A stretch of 64,000 bases of DNA from Spirochaetia bacterium (GTDB lineage Bacteria > Spirochaetota > Spirochaetia > SZUA-6 > Bin103). The notes below the pieces were generated by a model. That model searched no databases and was not told the origin of the DNA. It saw only the letters and a list, made by a program, of their open reading frames with translations. The stretch is from assembly GCA_965208575.1 (NCBI GenBank), contig CBDBOV010000002.1, positions 416,001 to 480,000 of the forward strand, written 5' to 3'. Every line of letters begins with the position of its first letter. Position 1 is the stretch's first letter. The translations under genes and the position numbers were made by a program. Below are positions 52,523-62,546 of this stretch, in pieces.

Positions 52523-53911
52523 TCAGGCGGCCTCCGGGACAAGCTCATAACCGAGTGCGTGTGCCTGCCTTCGGAGCCGGCGTTCAAAGCGGCGCCGGTC
52601 CTGGCGCTCCTCGGCGGCGAGGATGCTGTCATCGTAGGCCACGCGATGCGTGATCAGATGGTAGATGATCCGAGCCAGTTTATGCGCGACTGCAGTGGTC
52701 GCTTCGGGAGTACCCAGACGCGCCCGCATGCGGCGGAAGTGCTGGCCCAGGGCCGATGGGCTGCGGTACAACGACTGGGTCGCCCAGTGCAGCGCCTGGG
52801 CGGCCCGATTGGTGCCCCGACCGGTGTGCGAGCTGATGATCTTGCCGCCGGTGATCTGGTTGTGGGGGCACAGGTGCAGCCAGGAGGCGAATTGCGGTGC
52901 GGTCGGAAAGCGGGACAGTTCCGGGCCGAGTTCGGTGAACAGAACCAGCGCCGTACTTTCGCCGATGCCGGGAATCAGCGTCAGGTCAGTGCCGAACAGG
53001 TGCGTAAGGTGGCCGCGCAGGTCGAACCGCTTGGCCGGTGACTCGGTTGGCGCCTCGGGCTCCGCATCGATTCCCTCATCCGGTGGGTCGTCGCCCACCG
53101 CGCCGGGTGGCTCGCTGCTGGCTTCGAACGCGCGGATGCCGGCTTCGATTTCCTGATCGCACTCCGTGATGAGTTGTTGGTAGTGGGCATAGGTCGCTCG
53201 CGCGTGCCGCAACGCCAACAGGTGCTCGGCGCGCCAGTCGCCCTGCAGCGCCTTGATCAAGGTCTCGCGGCTGGCTTTGATCCGCCGGTCGGCCAGAGCG
53301 GCCAACCGCGCCGGATCCCGCTCACCCGCCAGGATAGCGTCCGTAATGGCCAGACCGGTCGTCCCCGTCAGGTCAGAGATGGCATGGTGCAGATGCACGT
53401 TCATCTGGCTGTACGCCTTCTGCATGTGCAACACGCTGCGCGACGCCATCTTGATCAAGGTGTCGCGATGGCGCAGCACCGAGCGCAGTGCACACACCTC
53501 GTCGGCAGGGCGGAATGAGCCGCGCAGCAATCCCACCGAGTGCAGGTAGCGCAACCACTCGCAGTCGGCCACGTCGGACTTCCGACCGGGTACCGAGTGC
53601 ACGTGACGCGCATTCACCAGCACCACGTCGAAGCCGTGTGCCTCCAGGATCTGATACACCGGAATCCAGTACACACCGGTGGACTCCATCGCCACCGTGG
53701 TGACCTCGCATTCCTTGAGCCAGTCGGCCAAGGCGTGCAGGTCCGCGGTGAACGTAGCAAAGTTCCGGATCGGGTCCGGGTCGCGCTCCGGGCGCACAGC
53801 CGCGTACACCTCGGTAGCGCCTATGTCCAAGCCGGCAGCGTCCGGGTGCATCACCTTTGGTTGCGCTGTGCGACTGCCCTTGCCCTTGCGTCTGTGTCTG
53901 CGTCGTGCCAT
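52523..53911 (-). CDS. IS110 family DEDD recombinase/transposase
   Basis: AAGLDIG; VAMESTGVYW; GRKSDVAD; IPGIG; F.SWL.LCP....TGG; A.AHKLAR; GGAGG SD before ATG 53911. Confidence 0.95.
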   Translation of the reverse strand: MARRRHRRKGKGSRTAQPKVMHPDAAGLDIGATEVYAAVRPERDPDPIRNFATFTADLHALADWLKECEVTTVAMESTGVYWIPVYQILEAHGFDVVLVNARHVHSVPGRKSDVADCEWLRYLHSVGLLRGSFRPADEVCALRSVLRHRDTLIKMASRSVLHMQKAYSQMNVHLHHAISDLTGTTGLAITDAILAGERDPARLAALADRRIKASRETLIKALQGDWRAEHLLALRHARATYAHYQQLITECDQEIEAGIRAFEASSEPPGAVGDDPPDEGIDAEPEAPTESPAKRFDLRGHLTHLFGTDLTLIPGIGESTALVLFTELGPELSRFPTAPQFASWLHLCPHNQITGGKIISSHTGRGTNRAAQALHWATQSLYRSPSALGQHFRRMRARLGTPEATTAVAHKLARIIYHLITHRVAYDDSILAAEERQDRRRFERRLRRQAHALGYELVPEAA

Positions 53912-53949
53912 GAAACCTCCGCTACGACTGAGTGGTGCGGCCAAGGCGT

Positions 53950-54118
53950 GTGTAGCAGGTATTCTCCTGAACGGGATGATCGCCACCCGGCCGCGCCGGC
54001 TGACAACCTCACCAATGACTACGCCACCCGCCCCGGGGCCAAGCTCTTGAACGGGTTCGCAGAACGTAACGCCAGTGACGCGCCGGCCTACTTTCGCGCT
54101 CCACCCAGAACTCTGCCC
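53950..54118 (-). ncRNA. Putative bridge RNA (two guide loops) of the IS110
   Basis: TATAGT -10 at 54121-54126 (minus). Two parallel loops GTCA(C/T)TGG...CCCGTTCA(A/G)GAG carry heptamers matching the two element junctions. Confidence 0.65.
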
Positions 54119-54453
54119 ACACTATAGCTCACCCTTGTTTCTTTCATGACTGCGCCGGCCCAGGGGCCGGTGGGATAGCTCTTGAGAGACTAAGTCAGGC
54201 GGCGTCCTGGTTTCTGCCGTGAACACGCCGGCCGCAGGCCGGTAGGAAGCTCCTGAGGAGCCGGCCCGCCAGACGCAGGGCTGCGCTGGTGGGCATGCGC
54301 AACGACCGCGAGCTGGCCGAGAACGTCGCCTCCACCGAGTGGCGGCTGAGCGATAACGGTGCCGCGCCGCCACGTCCGGCTCGACCACTCGTCAGCCGGC
54401 CAGGCAGCGCGCCGCAAGCGATCAGGCCGGCAACGCTCTTCGGCGGCAGGCCG

Positions 54454-56529
54454 TCAAGGGGCTTGGGAGCGGCTGCTTCCGGCTGCCTGCAGGGCGGCGA
54501 CGATGCGGTCCACGTCGTACACGGCGCCGCGCCAGGTGCCGCCGCTGGCGGCCTGCAGGGCGGCCCACAGGCGGGTGTCATCGGGCAGCGCGGCGTGGGC
54601 GGCCAGGTCCGGGTGGGCGGTGCGCCGTTCGAGCAGCGCGGCCGCCGCGGCCGGCTCGAGCGGGCCGTCGGCGGTGCCGGCCAGGTCGACGCGGCCCTCC
54701 AGGGCGGTGCGGTCCACCACGATCTCGATCAGGTCGCCGTCGCGCAGCTTGCCGAGCGGGCCGCCGGCGAGCGCCTCCGGGCCGATGTGGCCGATGCAGG
54801 CGCCGGTGGACACGCCGGAGAAGCGCGCGTCGGTAAGCACCGACACGGTCTTGCCCCAGGGCAGGAACTTGAGCGCCGAGGTGATCTGGTAGATCTCCTC
54901 CATGCCGGTGCCGGCCGGGCCGATGCCCATCACCACCACGATGTCGTGCGCCTTGACCGGGGCGGCGCCGGGGGAGCCCTTGATGGCGGCGATGGCGTCC
55001 GCCTCGCTGGTGAACACGCGCGCCGTGCCGCGGTGGGTGTAGACGCCGGCGTCGTCCACCACGCTCGGATCGATGGCGGTGGCCTTGATCACCGAGCCCT
55101 CCGGGGCCAGGTTGCCGACCGGGAACACCACGGTGCTGGTGAGGCCGCGCGCGCGGGCGTCGTCCGGGTCCATGATCACCTGCTCGGGGGCCACCCCGTC
55201 GGCGGTGCAGGCGGCGTGCGCGGCGGCGCGGCGCGGGCTGTCCTGCCAGCCGTCGAGCACCTCGTCCACGGTGCGCCCGGTGACCGTGCGCACGCCGGTG
55301 TGCAGCAGGCCGGCGCGGCGCAGGTGCAGCATCACCTCCGGCACGCCGCCGGCGGCGAACACGCGGATGGTGGGGTGGCCGACCGGGCCGTTGGGCAGCG
55401 CGTCCACCAGCCGCGGGGTGCTGCGGTTGACGCGCGCCCAGTCCGCCACCGTGGGGATGGGCAGGCCGGCGGCGTGCGCCACGGCGGGCAGGTGCAGCAG
55501 CAGGTTGGTGGAGCCGCCGAACGCGGCGTACACGACCATGGCGTTGTCCAGCGCCTGCTGCGTGAGCAGGTCGCCGGTGCGCAGCCCGGCGTCGGCCAGG
55601 GCCACCAGCGCCAGCGCGGAGCGGCGCGCCATGTCCAGCCACGACGGCTCGCCGGAGGGCGCCAGGGCGGCGTGCGGCAGCGACAGGCCGAGCCCCTCCG
55701 CCACCACCTGGGAGGTGGCCGCGGTGCCCAGGAACTGGCAGCCGCCGCCCGGGCTGCCGCACGCCCGGCAGCCCATGGTCTGGGCGTGCTCCAGGCTGAT
55801 CAGGCCGTGAGCGAAGCGGGCGCCAATGGTCTGCACCAGGCCGGTGTCCTCGGAGTCGGGCGCCGGCAGGGTAACGCCGCCGGGTACGATTACGCCCGGC
55901 TCGCCGCGCAGGCCGGCCACCGCCAGCAGCATCGCCGGCAGTCCCTTGTCGCAGGTGGCCACCCCCAGCACGCCGCTGCGCGTCGGCAGCGAGCGCGCCA
56001 GGCGGCGCAGCACCACGGCGGCGTCGTTGCGGTAGGGCAGGCTGTCGAACATGCCGGGGGTGCCCTGCGAGCGGCCGTCGCACGGGTCGGTGCAGAACGC
56101 CGCGAACGGGATGCAGCCCGAGTCGCGCAGGGCGTCGGCGGCCGCCTGCACCAGCAGGCCCACCTCCCAGTGGCCGGTGTGCAGGCCGAGCGCGATCGGC
56201 GACCCGTCCGGCGCGCGCACGCCGCCCTGCGTGCTCAGGATCATGAACGCCGGCTGGGTGGTCTCCGCCGGCTGCCAGCCCATCGCCACGTTGTGGGTGA
56301 GTCCGAACAGGTTGCCGCTCGGCTCCTCGCGCAGCATCTCCGCGGTGATCGGCAGCGCCCCCTCCGGCGCGGTGCCCATCGTGCGCAGCCCCGTCTCGGG
56401 GCCGCTGAGCCCCTCAAAGCCGAGAATCTCGTCGCCTCCGGCGATCCGCAGCGGCGCCTCGCGGTTGGGCCCGCGCGAGTCGCGGGGCGGGGCGGTGTCG
56501 GTGCTTCGGTTCTGATCGGTAGTGCTCAT
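54454..56529 (-). CDS. YjhG/YagF family D-xylonate dehydratase
   Basis: PSGNLFG.T....MGW; [11 protein letters not shown]; DPCDGR.QG; CDKGLP; [10 protein letters not shown]; [11 protein letters not shown]. Confidence 0.92.
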   Translation of the reverse strand: MSTTDQNRSTDTAPPRDSRGPNREAPLRIAGGDEILGFEGLSGPETGLRTMGTAPEGALPITAEMLREEPSGNLFGLTHNVAMGWQPAETTQPAFMILSTQGGVRAPDGSPIALGLHTGHWEVGLLVQAAADALRDSGCIPFAAFCTDPCDGRSQGTPGMFDSLPYRNDAAVVLRRLARSLPTRSGVLGVATCDKGLPAMLLAVAGLRGEPGVIVPGGVTLPAPDSEDTGLVQTIGARFAHGLISLEHAQTMGCRACGSPGGGCQFLGTAATSQVVAEGLGLSLPHAALAPSGEPSWLDMARRSALALVALADAGLRTGDLLTQQALDNAMVVYAAFGGSTNLLLHLPAVAHAAGLPIPTVADWARVNRSTPRLVDALPNGPVGHPTIRVFAAGGVPEVMLHLRRAGLLHTGVRTVTGRTVDEVLDGWQDSPRRAAAHAACTADGVAPEQVIMDPDDARARGLTSTVVFPVGNLAPEGSVIKATAIDPSVVDDAGVYTHRGTARVFTSEADAIAAIKGSPGAAPVKAHDIVVVMGIGPAGTGMEEIYQITSALKFLPWGKTVSVLTDARFSGVSTGACIGHIGPEALAGGPLGKLRDGDLIEIVVDRTALEGRVDLAGTADGPLEPAAAAALLERRTAHPDLAAHAALPDDTRLWAALQAASGGTWRGAVYDVDRIVAALQAAGSSRSQAP

Positions 56530-56535
56530 GGGCGT

Positions 56536-57360
56536 TCAGCGGACCTGGTTGGTGAGGGTGCCGATCGCCGGGATGGTGATATCCACGGTGTCGCCGGGGG
56601 CGAGGGTGAAGCCGTCCGGGGGCACGATGCCGGTGCCGGTCATCAGGTAGCAGCCGTGCGGGAAGCTGTTGTCCCGGTACAGGTAGCCGAGCAGCTCCTC
56701 CGGCGTGCGCTTGAGTTCGGCGAGGGTGGTGCTGCCGGTGAACACCGCGGCGCCGCCGCGGCTGATTACCAGGCTGATTTCGGTGCTCGCCGGCAGCGGC
56801 TCGGCGCCCACCAGCAGCGCCGGTCCGAGCGCGCAACTGGCGTCGTATACCTTGGCCTGCGGCAGGTAGAGCGGGTTCTCGCCCTCGATGTCGCGCGAAC
56901 TGACGTCGTTGCCGATGGTGCAGCCGATCAGCGCACCGCCCGCGTCGGCGAGCAGCACCAGCTCCGGTTCCGGCACGTTCCAGCCGGCGTCGGCACGGAT
57001 CGCGATCTGCCCGCCGCTGCCCACCGCGGTGCGCGCGCTACCCTTGAAGAACAGCTCCGGGCGCGGCGCGCTGTACACGCGGTCGTAGAAGCTGTCGCCG
57101 CCGGCCTGCTCCGACTCCGCCATGCGCGCGTCGCGGCTGCGGTAGTAGGTGACCCCGGCCGCCCACACCTCCTGCGACACCAGCGGCACCAGCGCATCGG
57201 CCGGGTCGAACGCCTCCAGCGCGGTTCCCTGCGCCGCCAGGGCGGCGATCCGGTCGGGCAGGCCGGGCGGTCCGATCAGGCTGTCCCAACTCTCGGCCAG
57301 CAGTACGAAACGGTCTTCGGCGGCGGCCACGACGCCGCGCTGCGTACGGTACAGTAACAT
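56536..57360 (-). CDS. Fumarylacetoacetate hydrolase family protein (2-keto-3-deoxy-xylonate dehydratase-like)
   Basis: QEVWAAGVTY; RPELFFK; VPEPEL; GNDVSSRDIEGENPLYLPQAK; TGTGIVP; upstream of xylonate dehydratase. Confidence 0.88.
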   Translation of the reverse strand: MLLYRTQRGVVAAAEDRFVLLAESWDSLIGPPGLPDRIAALAAQGTALEAFDPADALVPLVSQEVWAAGVTYYRSRDARMAESEQAGGDSFYDRVYSAPRPELFFKGSARTAVGSGGQIAIRADAGWNVPEPELVLLADAGGALIGCTIGNDVSSRDIEGENPLYLPQAKVYDASCALGPALLVGAEPLPASTEISLVISRGGAAVFTGSTTLAELKRTPEELLGYLYRDNSFPHGCYLMTGTGIVPPDGFTLAPGDTVDITIPAIGTLTNQVR

Positions 57361-57394
57361 CGCCGGCGAATGTACCAGCCGGCAAAATCCGCCG

Positions 57395-57895
57395 TCAACG
57401 AACGCGCGTGCGGGATTCTTCGGCTGCCGTGCGCGTCCGGTCGCGCACGACGACATCGACTTCGCATTCCAGGACGTGAAGGAGGTGCAGTACGTGATCA
57501 ACGGACTTGCGGTAGTTGGTCTGATCCAGCAATCGATAGAGTTGAGCAGGCGAGGTTCCGAGTCGCCGGATGATTTCCCGTTTCGAGAGGGCCGTCACGG
57601 TCACTCTGCGCTGCGCCTCAAGCGTGAGCTTGTACAGCAACAGGTCGCGCAGGTAGCTCGGATCCTGGTTGAATTCCAGAACCTGCTCGACGTGGACCGT
57701 GGTCTCTCGCCCGGATTTCACGGTGAACACGAATGCCTCCTGAGCCAGTTCGTCGTCAACGCGGACCCGGGCCACCGGGTCTCCGGGCGCGGGAGCGGGA
57801 TCGGTCTTGACGTACGGGAACAGAAAGGACTCCGAGTCCGTCGTGATCTCGAACGATTTCTTGTGGTTGTTGAAAGTCACCGTACGAATCTTCAC
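57395..57895 (-). CDS. Antitoxin-like protein with C-terminal HTH
   Basis: LSKREIIRRLGTSPAQLYRLLD.TN..KS; coupled to upstream toxin remnant. Confidence 0.72.
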   Translation of the reverse strand: MKIRTVTFNNHKKSFEITTDSESFLFPYVKTDPAPAPGDPVARVRVDDELAQEAFVFTVKSGRETTVHVEQVLEFNQDPSYLRDLLLYKLTLEAQRRVTVTALSKREIIRRLGTSPAQLYRLLDQTNYRKSVDHVLHLLHVLECEVDVVVRDRTRTAAEESRTRVR

Positions 57896-58052
57896 AGCTC
57901 ACCCTCACGCTGCAGTTCCTCGATCAGATCCAGAATCCGCCGGGTCGCCGTGCCCTTCATCGCCATCCGATGCTACAGACATGCACATGACGCGGCGCGT
58001 GGTAGGAGACCCAAGTGATAAAGATATAGCCGCCGCGCCGAATCCGCGCCAC
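57892..58052 (-). pseudogene. DUF4160-like toxin remnant with internal deletion/frameshift
   Basis: MARIRRGGYIFITWVSYHAPRHVHV stops early; C-terminus AMKGTATRRILDLIEELQREGEL* is in another frame and overlaps the antitoxin GTG. Confidence 0.68.
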
Positions 58053-58162
58053 AAGAAAGGCTACCCTGCACGGTAACATTTGTCAAAAGCGCGGGGCTGC
58101 CCCCGACGCCACGGCGGTAGCCCCGCCACGCAGACGGTGGGATGGCGTATGATGGCGGCAGA

Positions 58163-59062
58163 GTGAAGCGACTGCTCCCGATAGTGGCAGCGGCTGCCGT
58201 ACTGGTGGCCGGCGGAGCGGCGTTCCTGGCGGTGCGCACGCCCTCGCCCGAGCAGGTGGCGACCCGCCTGCTGCACGCGCGCTACGTCAACGACGCGGCG
58301 GCGGTGTACGAGCTGGCGTCGGCGGAAGACCGGCGCTGGCGCACGCTGGAGCAGCACCTGGCGGGCCACCCGCAGTTTCCGGCGGAGTTCCAGGAGCTGA
58401 TCGTGGAGTTGGGCGAGTTCATCGAGATACGCGAAACCGAGGGCGAACTGCAGGGCGACGCCGGCGTGGTGACCGTGCACGGCGCGGTGCCGAACGCCAA
58501 CCATCCGGAGCTGCGCGACCTGCTGTACGGCGAGGGCGCCGCCGACGGCAGCGGTGTGGAGGAGCGCCGCGCCGAGTTGCGCCGCCGCGGAGAGGCCGGC
58601 ACGCTGCCGGTGATCGAGTTCTCGCAGCGGGTGGAACTGGTGCGGGAAGGCGAGCACTGGAAGGTGTTCCTGGACTGGGCGGTAGGCTTCACGATCCGGT
58701 TCCGCGCCGAGGTGCGCGAGGAGCTCCCGTTCGAGTTCAGCGTGGAGCCGGAGAGCATCACGCTGAGACCGGGTGAGACCGGCGCGGCGGTGTTCCGCGC
58801 GCGCAACGCTTCCGACGCCACGGTCAAGGCCAAGGCGGGCCACCTGTTCGAGCCGCCGGCGGCGTTCCTGCACACCGAGCTGCTGCAGTGTTTCTGTTTC
58901 TTCGAGGACACCTACGCGCCGGGTGAGGAGCGCGAGCTGCCGGTAGCCATACGCCTCGGCTGGGACACTCCGCCCGATATCGGCGAGATCACCATGCTGT
59001 ACGAGTACTATCCGCTGGCGCAGTTCCAGGACCGCCGCCCCGCCGAGGCGCGCGATGAGTAG
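58163..59062 (+). CDS. Membrane-anchored protein with C-terminal CtaG/Cox11-like copper-chaperone domain
   Basis: N-terminal TM; IRF.A.V...LP.EF; PGE; QCFCF; Y.YY. Confidence 0.7.
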   Translation: MKRLLPIVAAAAVLVAGGAAFLAVRTPSPEQVATRLLHARYVNDAAAVYELASAEDRRWRTLEQHLAGHPQFPAEFQELIVELGEFIEIRETEGELQGDAGVVTVHGAVPNANHPELRDLLYGEGAADGSGVEERRAELRRRGEAGTLPVIEFSQRVELVREGEHWKVFLDWAVGFTIRFRAEVREELPFEFSVEPESITLRPGETGAAVFRARNASDATVKAKAGHLFEPPAAFLHTELLQCFCFFEDTYAPGEERELPVAIRLGWDTPPDIGEITMLYEYYPLAQFQDRRPAEARDE

Positions 59063-60293
59063 CAACGGCAACACGGTAAGGATGACCGAGGGATACTCGG
59101 ATCGAGAACTGGAAGCGATGATGGCGGACCTGGAGTCCGACCTGGTCGAGCGCAAGGAGTCGCTACGCGGCGACAGCGCGGCGCGCATTCGGGAGGCGGT
59201 GTGCGCGTTCGCCAACGACCTGCCGGACCATCGGCGTCCGGGGGTGGTGTTCGTCGGCGCGGACGACGCCGGCGACCCCACCGGGCTGGACATCACCGAC
59301 CAGCTTCTGTTGCAGCTCTCCGATATCAAGACCGACGGCAACATCGTACCGCCGCCGACCCTGACCGTCGCAAAGCACGTGCTCGGCGGTCTGGCGGTGG
59401 CGGTGGTAACCGTGCGGCCCTCCGACTCGCCGCCGGTACGCTGCCGGGGGCGCACCTGGATTCGCGTCGGTCCGCGGCGCGCGATTGCCAGTGCACAGGA
59501 TGAGCGGATCCTGAACGAGCGGCGCCGGTACCGGGATTCGCACTACGACTCCTCCGCGGTCCGCATGGCCACGATCGACGACCTGCGGGTGGGGCGCTTC
59601 ATGGACGAGTACCTGCCGGCCGCGGTCGACGCCGAGACGCTGGCCGCGAACGACCGCACCGAGGAGGAGCGCCTAGCCGCCGCGAAGATGATCGTCTCCG
59701 TGGATGAGCCGGTGCCGAGCGTGGCCGGCATGCTGGTCCTGGGCCGGCAGCCGCAGCAGTTCCTGCCGGGGGCTTACGTGCAGTTTCTGCGCATCGCCGG
59801 CCGGGAGTGGGGCGGCGAGGTGCTGGACGAGGCGCGCTGCGACGGGCCGGTGGCCGACCTGGTGCGCCGGGTGGACGACAAGCTGATCGCGCACAACCGC
59901 ACCGCGGTGGAGTTCATATCGGCCCCCACCGAGACCCGCCGGTCGACCTATCCGCTCGGTGCACTGCAGCAGCTCGTGCGCAACGCGGTGATGCACCGCA
60001 CCTACGACGGCACCAACGCGCCGGTGCACGTGTACTGGTTCGACGACCGGATAGAAATCAACAGTCCGGGCGGCCCGTACGGCGCGCTCACGCCGGAGAA
60101 CTTCGGGCGGCCGGGCGTGATCGACTATCGCAACCCGACGCTGGCGGAGGCGATGCGCGTACTCGGCCTGGTGCAGCGCTACGGGTTCGGCATACCGGCG
60201 GCGCGGCGCGAGTTGCGCGCCGCCGGCCAGGGCGACCCCGAATTCCAGGTCGACACCCACTGGGTGCACTGCACGGTGCGCGCACTTCGATAG
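59055..60293 (+). CDS. Schlafen/AlbA_2 domain plus HATPase_c_4 (RecG C-terminal-like) protein
   Basis: ES..VERKES; CAFAND; VG.DD.G; NAVMHR.Y; FDDRIEI.SPGG; YRNP.LAE. Confidence 0.85.
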   Translation: MSSNGNTVRMTEGYSDRELEAMMADLESDLVERKESLRGDSAARIREAVCAFANDLPDHRRPGVVFVGADDAGDPTGLDITDQLLLQLSDIKTDGNIVPPPTLTVAKHVLGGLAVAVVTVRPSDSPPVRCRGRTWIRVGPRRAIASAQDERILNERRRYRDSHYDSSAVRMATIDDLRVGRFMDEYLPAAVDAETLAANDRTEEERLAAAKMIVSVDEPVPSVAGMLVLGRQPQQFLPGAYVQFLRIAGREWGGEVLDEARCDGPVADLVRRVDDKLIAHNRTAVEFISAPTETRRSTYPLGALQQLVRNAVMHRTYDGTNAPVHVYWFDDRIEINSPGGPYGALTPENFGRPGVIDYRNPTLAEAMRVLGLVQRYGFGIPAARRELRAAGQGDPEFQVDTHWVHCTVRALR

Positions 60294-60313
60294 CCGCGAT
60301 CCCTTGCTGCGAA

Positions 60314-61195
60314 CTAAGCGAGCTGGGTGCGGTAGACGGTTTCCGGGGTGTTCTCGATGCGCGTCCACCAGAGGGCGACGTCGAAGTCGGGGTCGCCGGC
60401 GAGGTAGCGCCACAGGCGGATGCGGTTCATCACCTCGATGCGGTGGCGCTGGCCGTGCCACGGGATCCGTTCGCTGAGGATCTTGGCGACGTCGGTGCGG
60501 GTGCCCGGGTGGTCGAGGTCGGCGGTGTTCCACAGCCGCTGCTGGCGCACGGTCGGGTTGAGGCGCAGCTTGAACATGTAGCGGTCGCGGCCGGTCCGGT
60601 TGCTGCGCGCCGCGTGCCACACGTTGGTGTGCCAGAAGAACATGGTGCCGGCGTCGCACACCGCCTGCACCTGGCCGAGCACGTCCTGGTAGCGGCTGGT
60701 GGTGGACTCGTATACGCGCCGGAACTGGCTGCCCGGCAGGAACAGCGTGCCGCCCGACTCGGCCGGCGTGTCCTCCGGGAAAAACGAGATCTGGATGTCG
60801 AAGTGGTGGCGCCGCACGTCGTACTCGGCGTCCTGGTGCAGATTGGCGCCCTTGCGCGTGTGCGCCGGGGTCAGGTGCGCGGCATGGTGGTCGTAGCGCG
60901 GGTCCGGGCCCACCAGGCTGTGGATGATCGCCGCCACCCGAGGCAGCCGGAACGCCTGTCCGAGCGCCGAGTCGGGCTGTGTCCAGATGTCCCGGAACGG
61001 TGCGCCGCCCTGGCCGCGGTCGCGCATGTGGCGCCCGGACTCGATCTCGGCCATCACCGCCGCGCACAACTCGCGCGGCACCAGGCCGTCGAAGCGCAGG
61101 AAGCCGTCGCGCACGAAGCGCGCCATGTCGCGGCTGGTCAGCCGCAGGTCGCCGGCAGTGCCGTTACCGCCGTTCCCGTCGTTACCGCTTGCCAT
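60314..61195 (-). CDS. Phytanoyl-CoA dioxygenase (PhyH) family protein
   Basis: F.RDGFL; LHQD; GGT.F.PGS; WHAA..N.T.R.R. Confidence 0.88.
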   Translation of the reverse strand: MASGNDGNGGNGTAGDLRLTSRDMARFVRDGFLRFDGLVPRELCAAVMAEIESGRHMRDRGQGGAPFRDIWTQPDSALGQAFRLPRVAAIIHSLVGPDPRYDHHAAHLTPAHTRKGANLHQDAEYDVRRHHFDIQISFFPEDTPAESGGTLFLPGSQFRRVYESTTSRYQDVLGQVQAVCDAGTMFFWHTNVWHAARSNRTGRDRYMFKLRLNPTVRQQRLWNTADLDHPGTRTDVAKILSERIPWHGQRHRIEVMNRIRLWRYLAGDPDFDVALWWTRIENTPETVYRTQLA

Positions 61196-61502
61196 CGGTC
61201 GCCTCCAGTTTCTCCAACACGAATTCGAACTCCAGGTAGGAGAGGTCGTACTCCTGGCCGGGACTCGGCGGGAGCAGGTCGGGGTACTTGATTACCCGCC
61301 AGCCGTCGCGCATGGCATCGAGGACGGTGGCGTAGGGCGGTACCGCATCGCCGGCGGCCTCGTAGGTGTCCCGGCCGGTGCCGTCGTACAGCGACCAGGC
61401 CACCACCTCGGTGTCGGGACTGGAGTTGGCCGCGTACAGCACCAGCAGCTTCTGCCGGAGCGCTGCACGGTCGGTGGGGCTCGCCATCATCCGCTGCTCC
61501 AT
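61182..61502 (-). CDS. Hypothetical protein coupled to PhyH gene
   Basis: LRQK.L.LY...WS.YDGTG...PY..V..AM.DGWRVI; overlaps PhyH start. Confidence 0.7.
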   Translation of the reverse strand: MEQRMMASPTDRAALRQKLLVLYAANSSPDTEVVAWSLYDGTGRDTYEAAGDAVPPYATVLDAMRDGWRVIKYPDLLPPSPGQEYDLSYLEFEFVLEKLEATDGKR

Positions 61503-61693
61503 GTCGCACTAGGGGTAGTCCTCGCCCGAAAGGCGGCGGACGCGAGGGAGTCTGTACCAACGGCGCAACGAGGCGCAACCACCGCAACCACCGCCACCAC
61601 CGGGTGCAGCGGCATCGGCAGTGCAACGGGAACGGGTGTCGAGGCGCGACGCCGGCGCAGGTGCGGCGCCGGTGTGCCGAAAACCACATTGTA

Positions 61694-62299
61694 ATGAAGC
61701 GGCACCGCACACAGACTTCGTTGAACGGGACGTGGAAGTTCCGCACCGACCCCGACGGCATGGGCGACGTCTCCCCCGACATCGTCCGCAATACGATCGG
61801 CGCGACCGCGCAGGGAAGCTGTGCCACGCGCTGGTGATCGCCGCCGGCGAGGAGGACCCGACCCGCTTTCTGCAGCAGGGCGCGTGCGTGTGGGAGTGGC
61901 AGATCGCGAAGGAGAAGTACGACTGGCCGATCGACTACCACCTGCTGTGCAGGCTGGTTCCCGCCCGACATGAACTACCTGATCAAGCCGTTCCGGACGC
62001 TGCCCGATTCCGAGGGGCCGGCGGTCGGCTCGGTGGCCGACCTGGCGAACAAGAAGCGCAACCTGCTGGAGTTCATCGGCGAGTTCGGGCCGCCCGAGTC
62101 GCTGCCCAACCTGGAGTCGCTGTGCCGCTTCCTGCCGGAGAACGAGCGCTGGCCGCTGGACTGGAAGGCGCTGGAGCGGCGCTGCCTGCACGGCGACATC
62201 CTGCTGCGCTGGATTCCGGAGCCGCAGAGCCTGCAGCAGTTGATCCGCGACAGCCAGGACTACCAGGCGTTCCTGTACAAGTACCACGTGGAGAGTTGA
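61694..62299 (+). pseudogene. Fragmented glycoside hydrolase family 2-like gene
   Basis: SLNGTWKF.TDP N-terminus; later fragment FIGEFG..SLP...SL..F; SQ.YQA. Confidence 0.6.
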
Positions 62300-62312
62300 G
62301 CATACTTTGCCG

Positions 62313-62370
62313 GTGCGCTTCTTCAACACTACCGGCCCGGTACGCGCCCACAAGCACTACTGTGTGCCGG
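62313..62370 (+). pseudogene. N-terminal stub of an AAA-ATPase-like gene
   Basis: VRFFNTTGPV...HYC.P start motif only. Confidence 0.45.
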
Positions 62371-62546
62371 CAGGAGGAGGGACGAGAAGATATTCCACTA
62401 CCGCCGCGAGTCCGGCGCCGGCGCCGACATCCACGTGTGGGGCATGTAGCCGAGACCCCGATTCGGCGCCGATACCGTTGAATTACTGATAAAATCAACG
62501 GCAGCGCCGTGGATTATTGGGCCGAATCCCGGTAGGCTGGGTTGGC

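Larger units (their letters stand above)
52506..54181 (-). mobile_element. IS110-family insertion sequence; inferred boundaries at the repeated CTC core
   Basis: DEDD recombinase gene plus a ~270-bp upstream non-coding end; junctions ctgtc-CTC-ctgaga (52506) and ggatag-CTC-ttgaga (54179). Confidence 0.8.

Noticed and set aside
52512-54142. AGAAACAA/TTGTTTCT inverted repeat as the IS110 termini
   Set aside because: Present, but guide-junction matches favour ends at the CTC cores; kept only as a sub-terminal feature or alternative boundary
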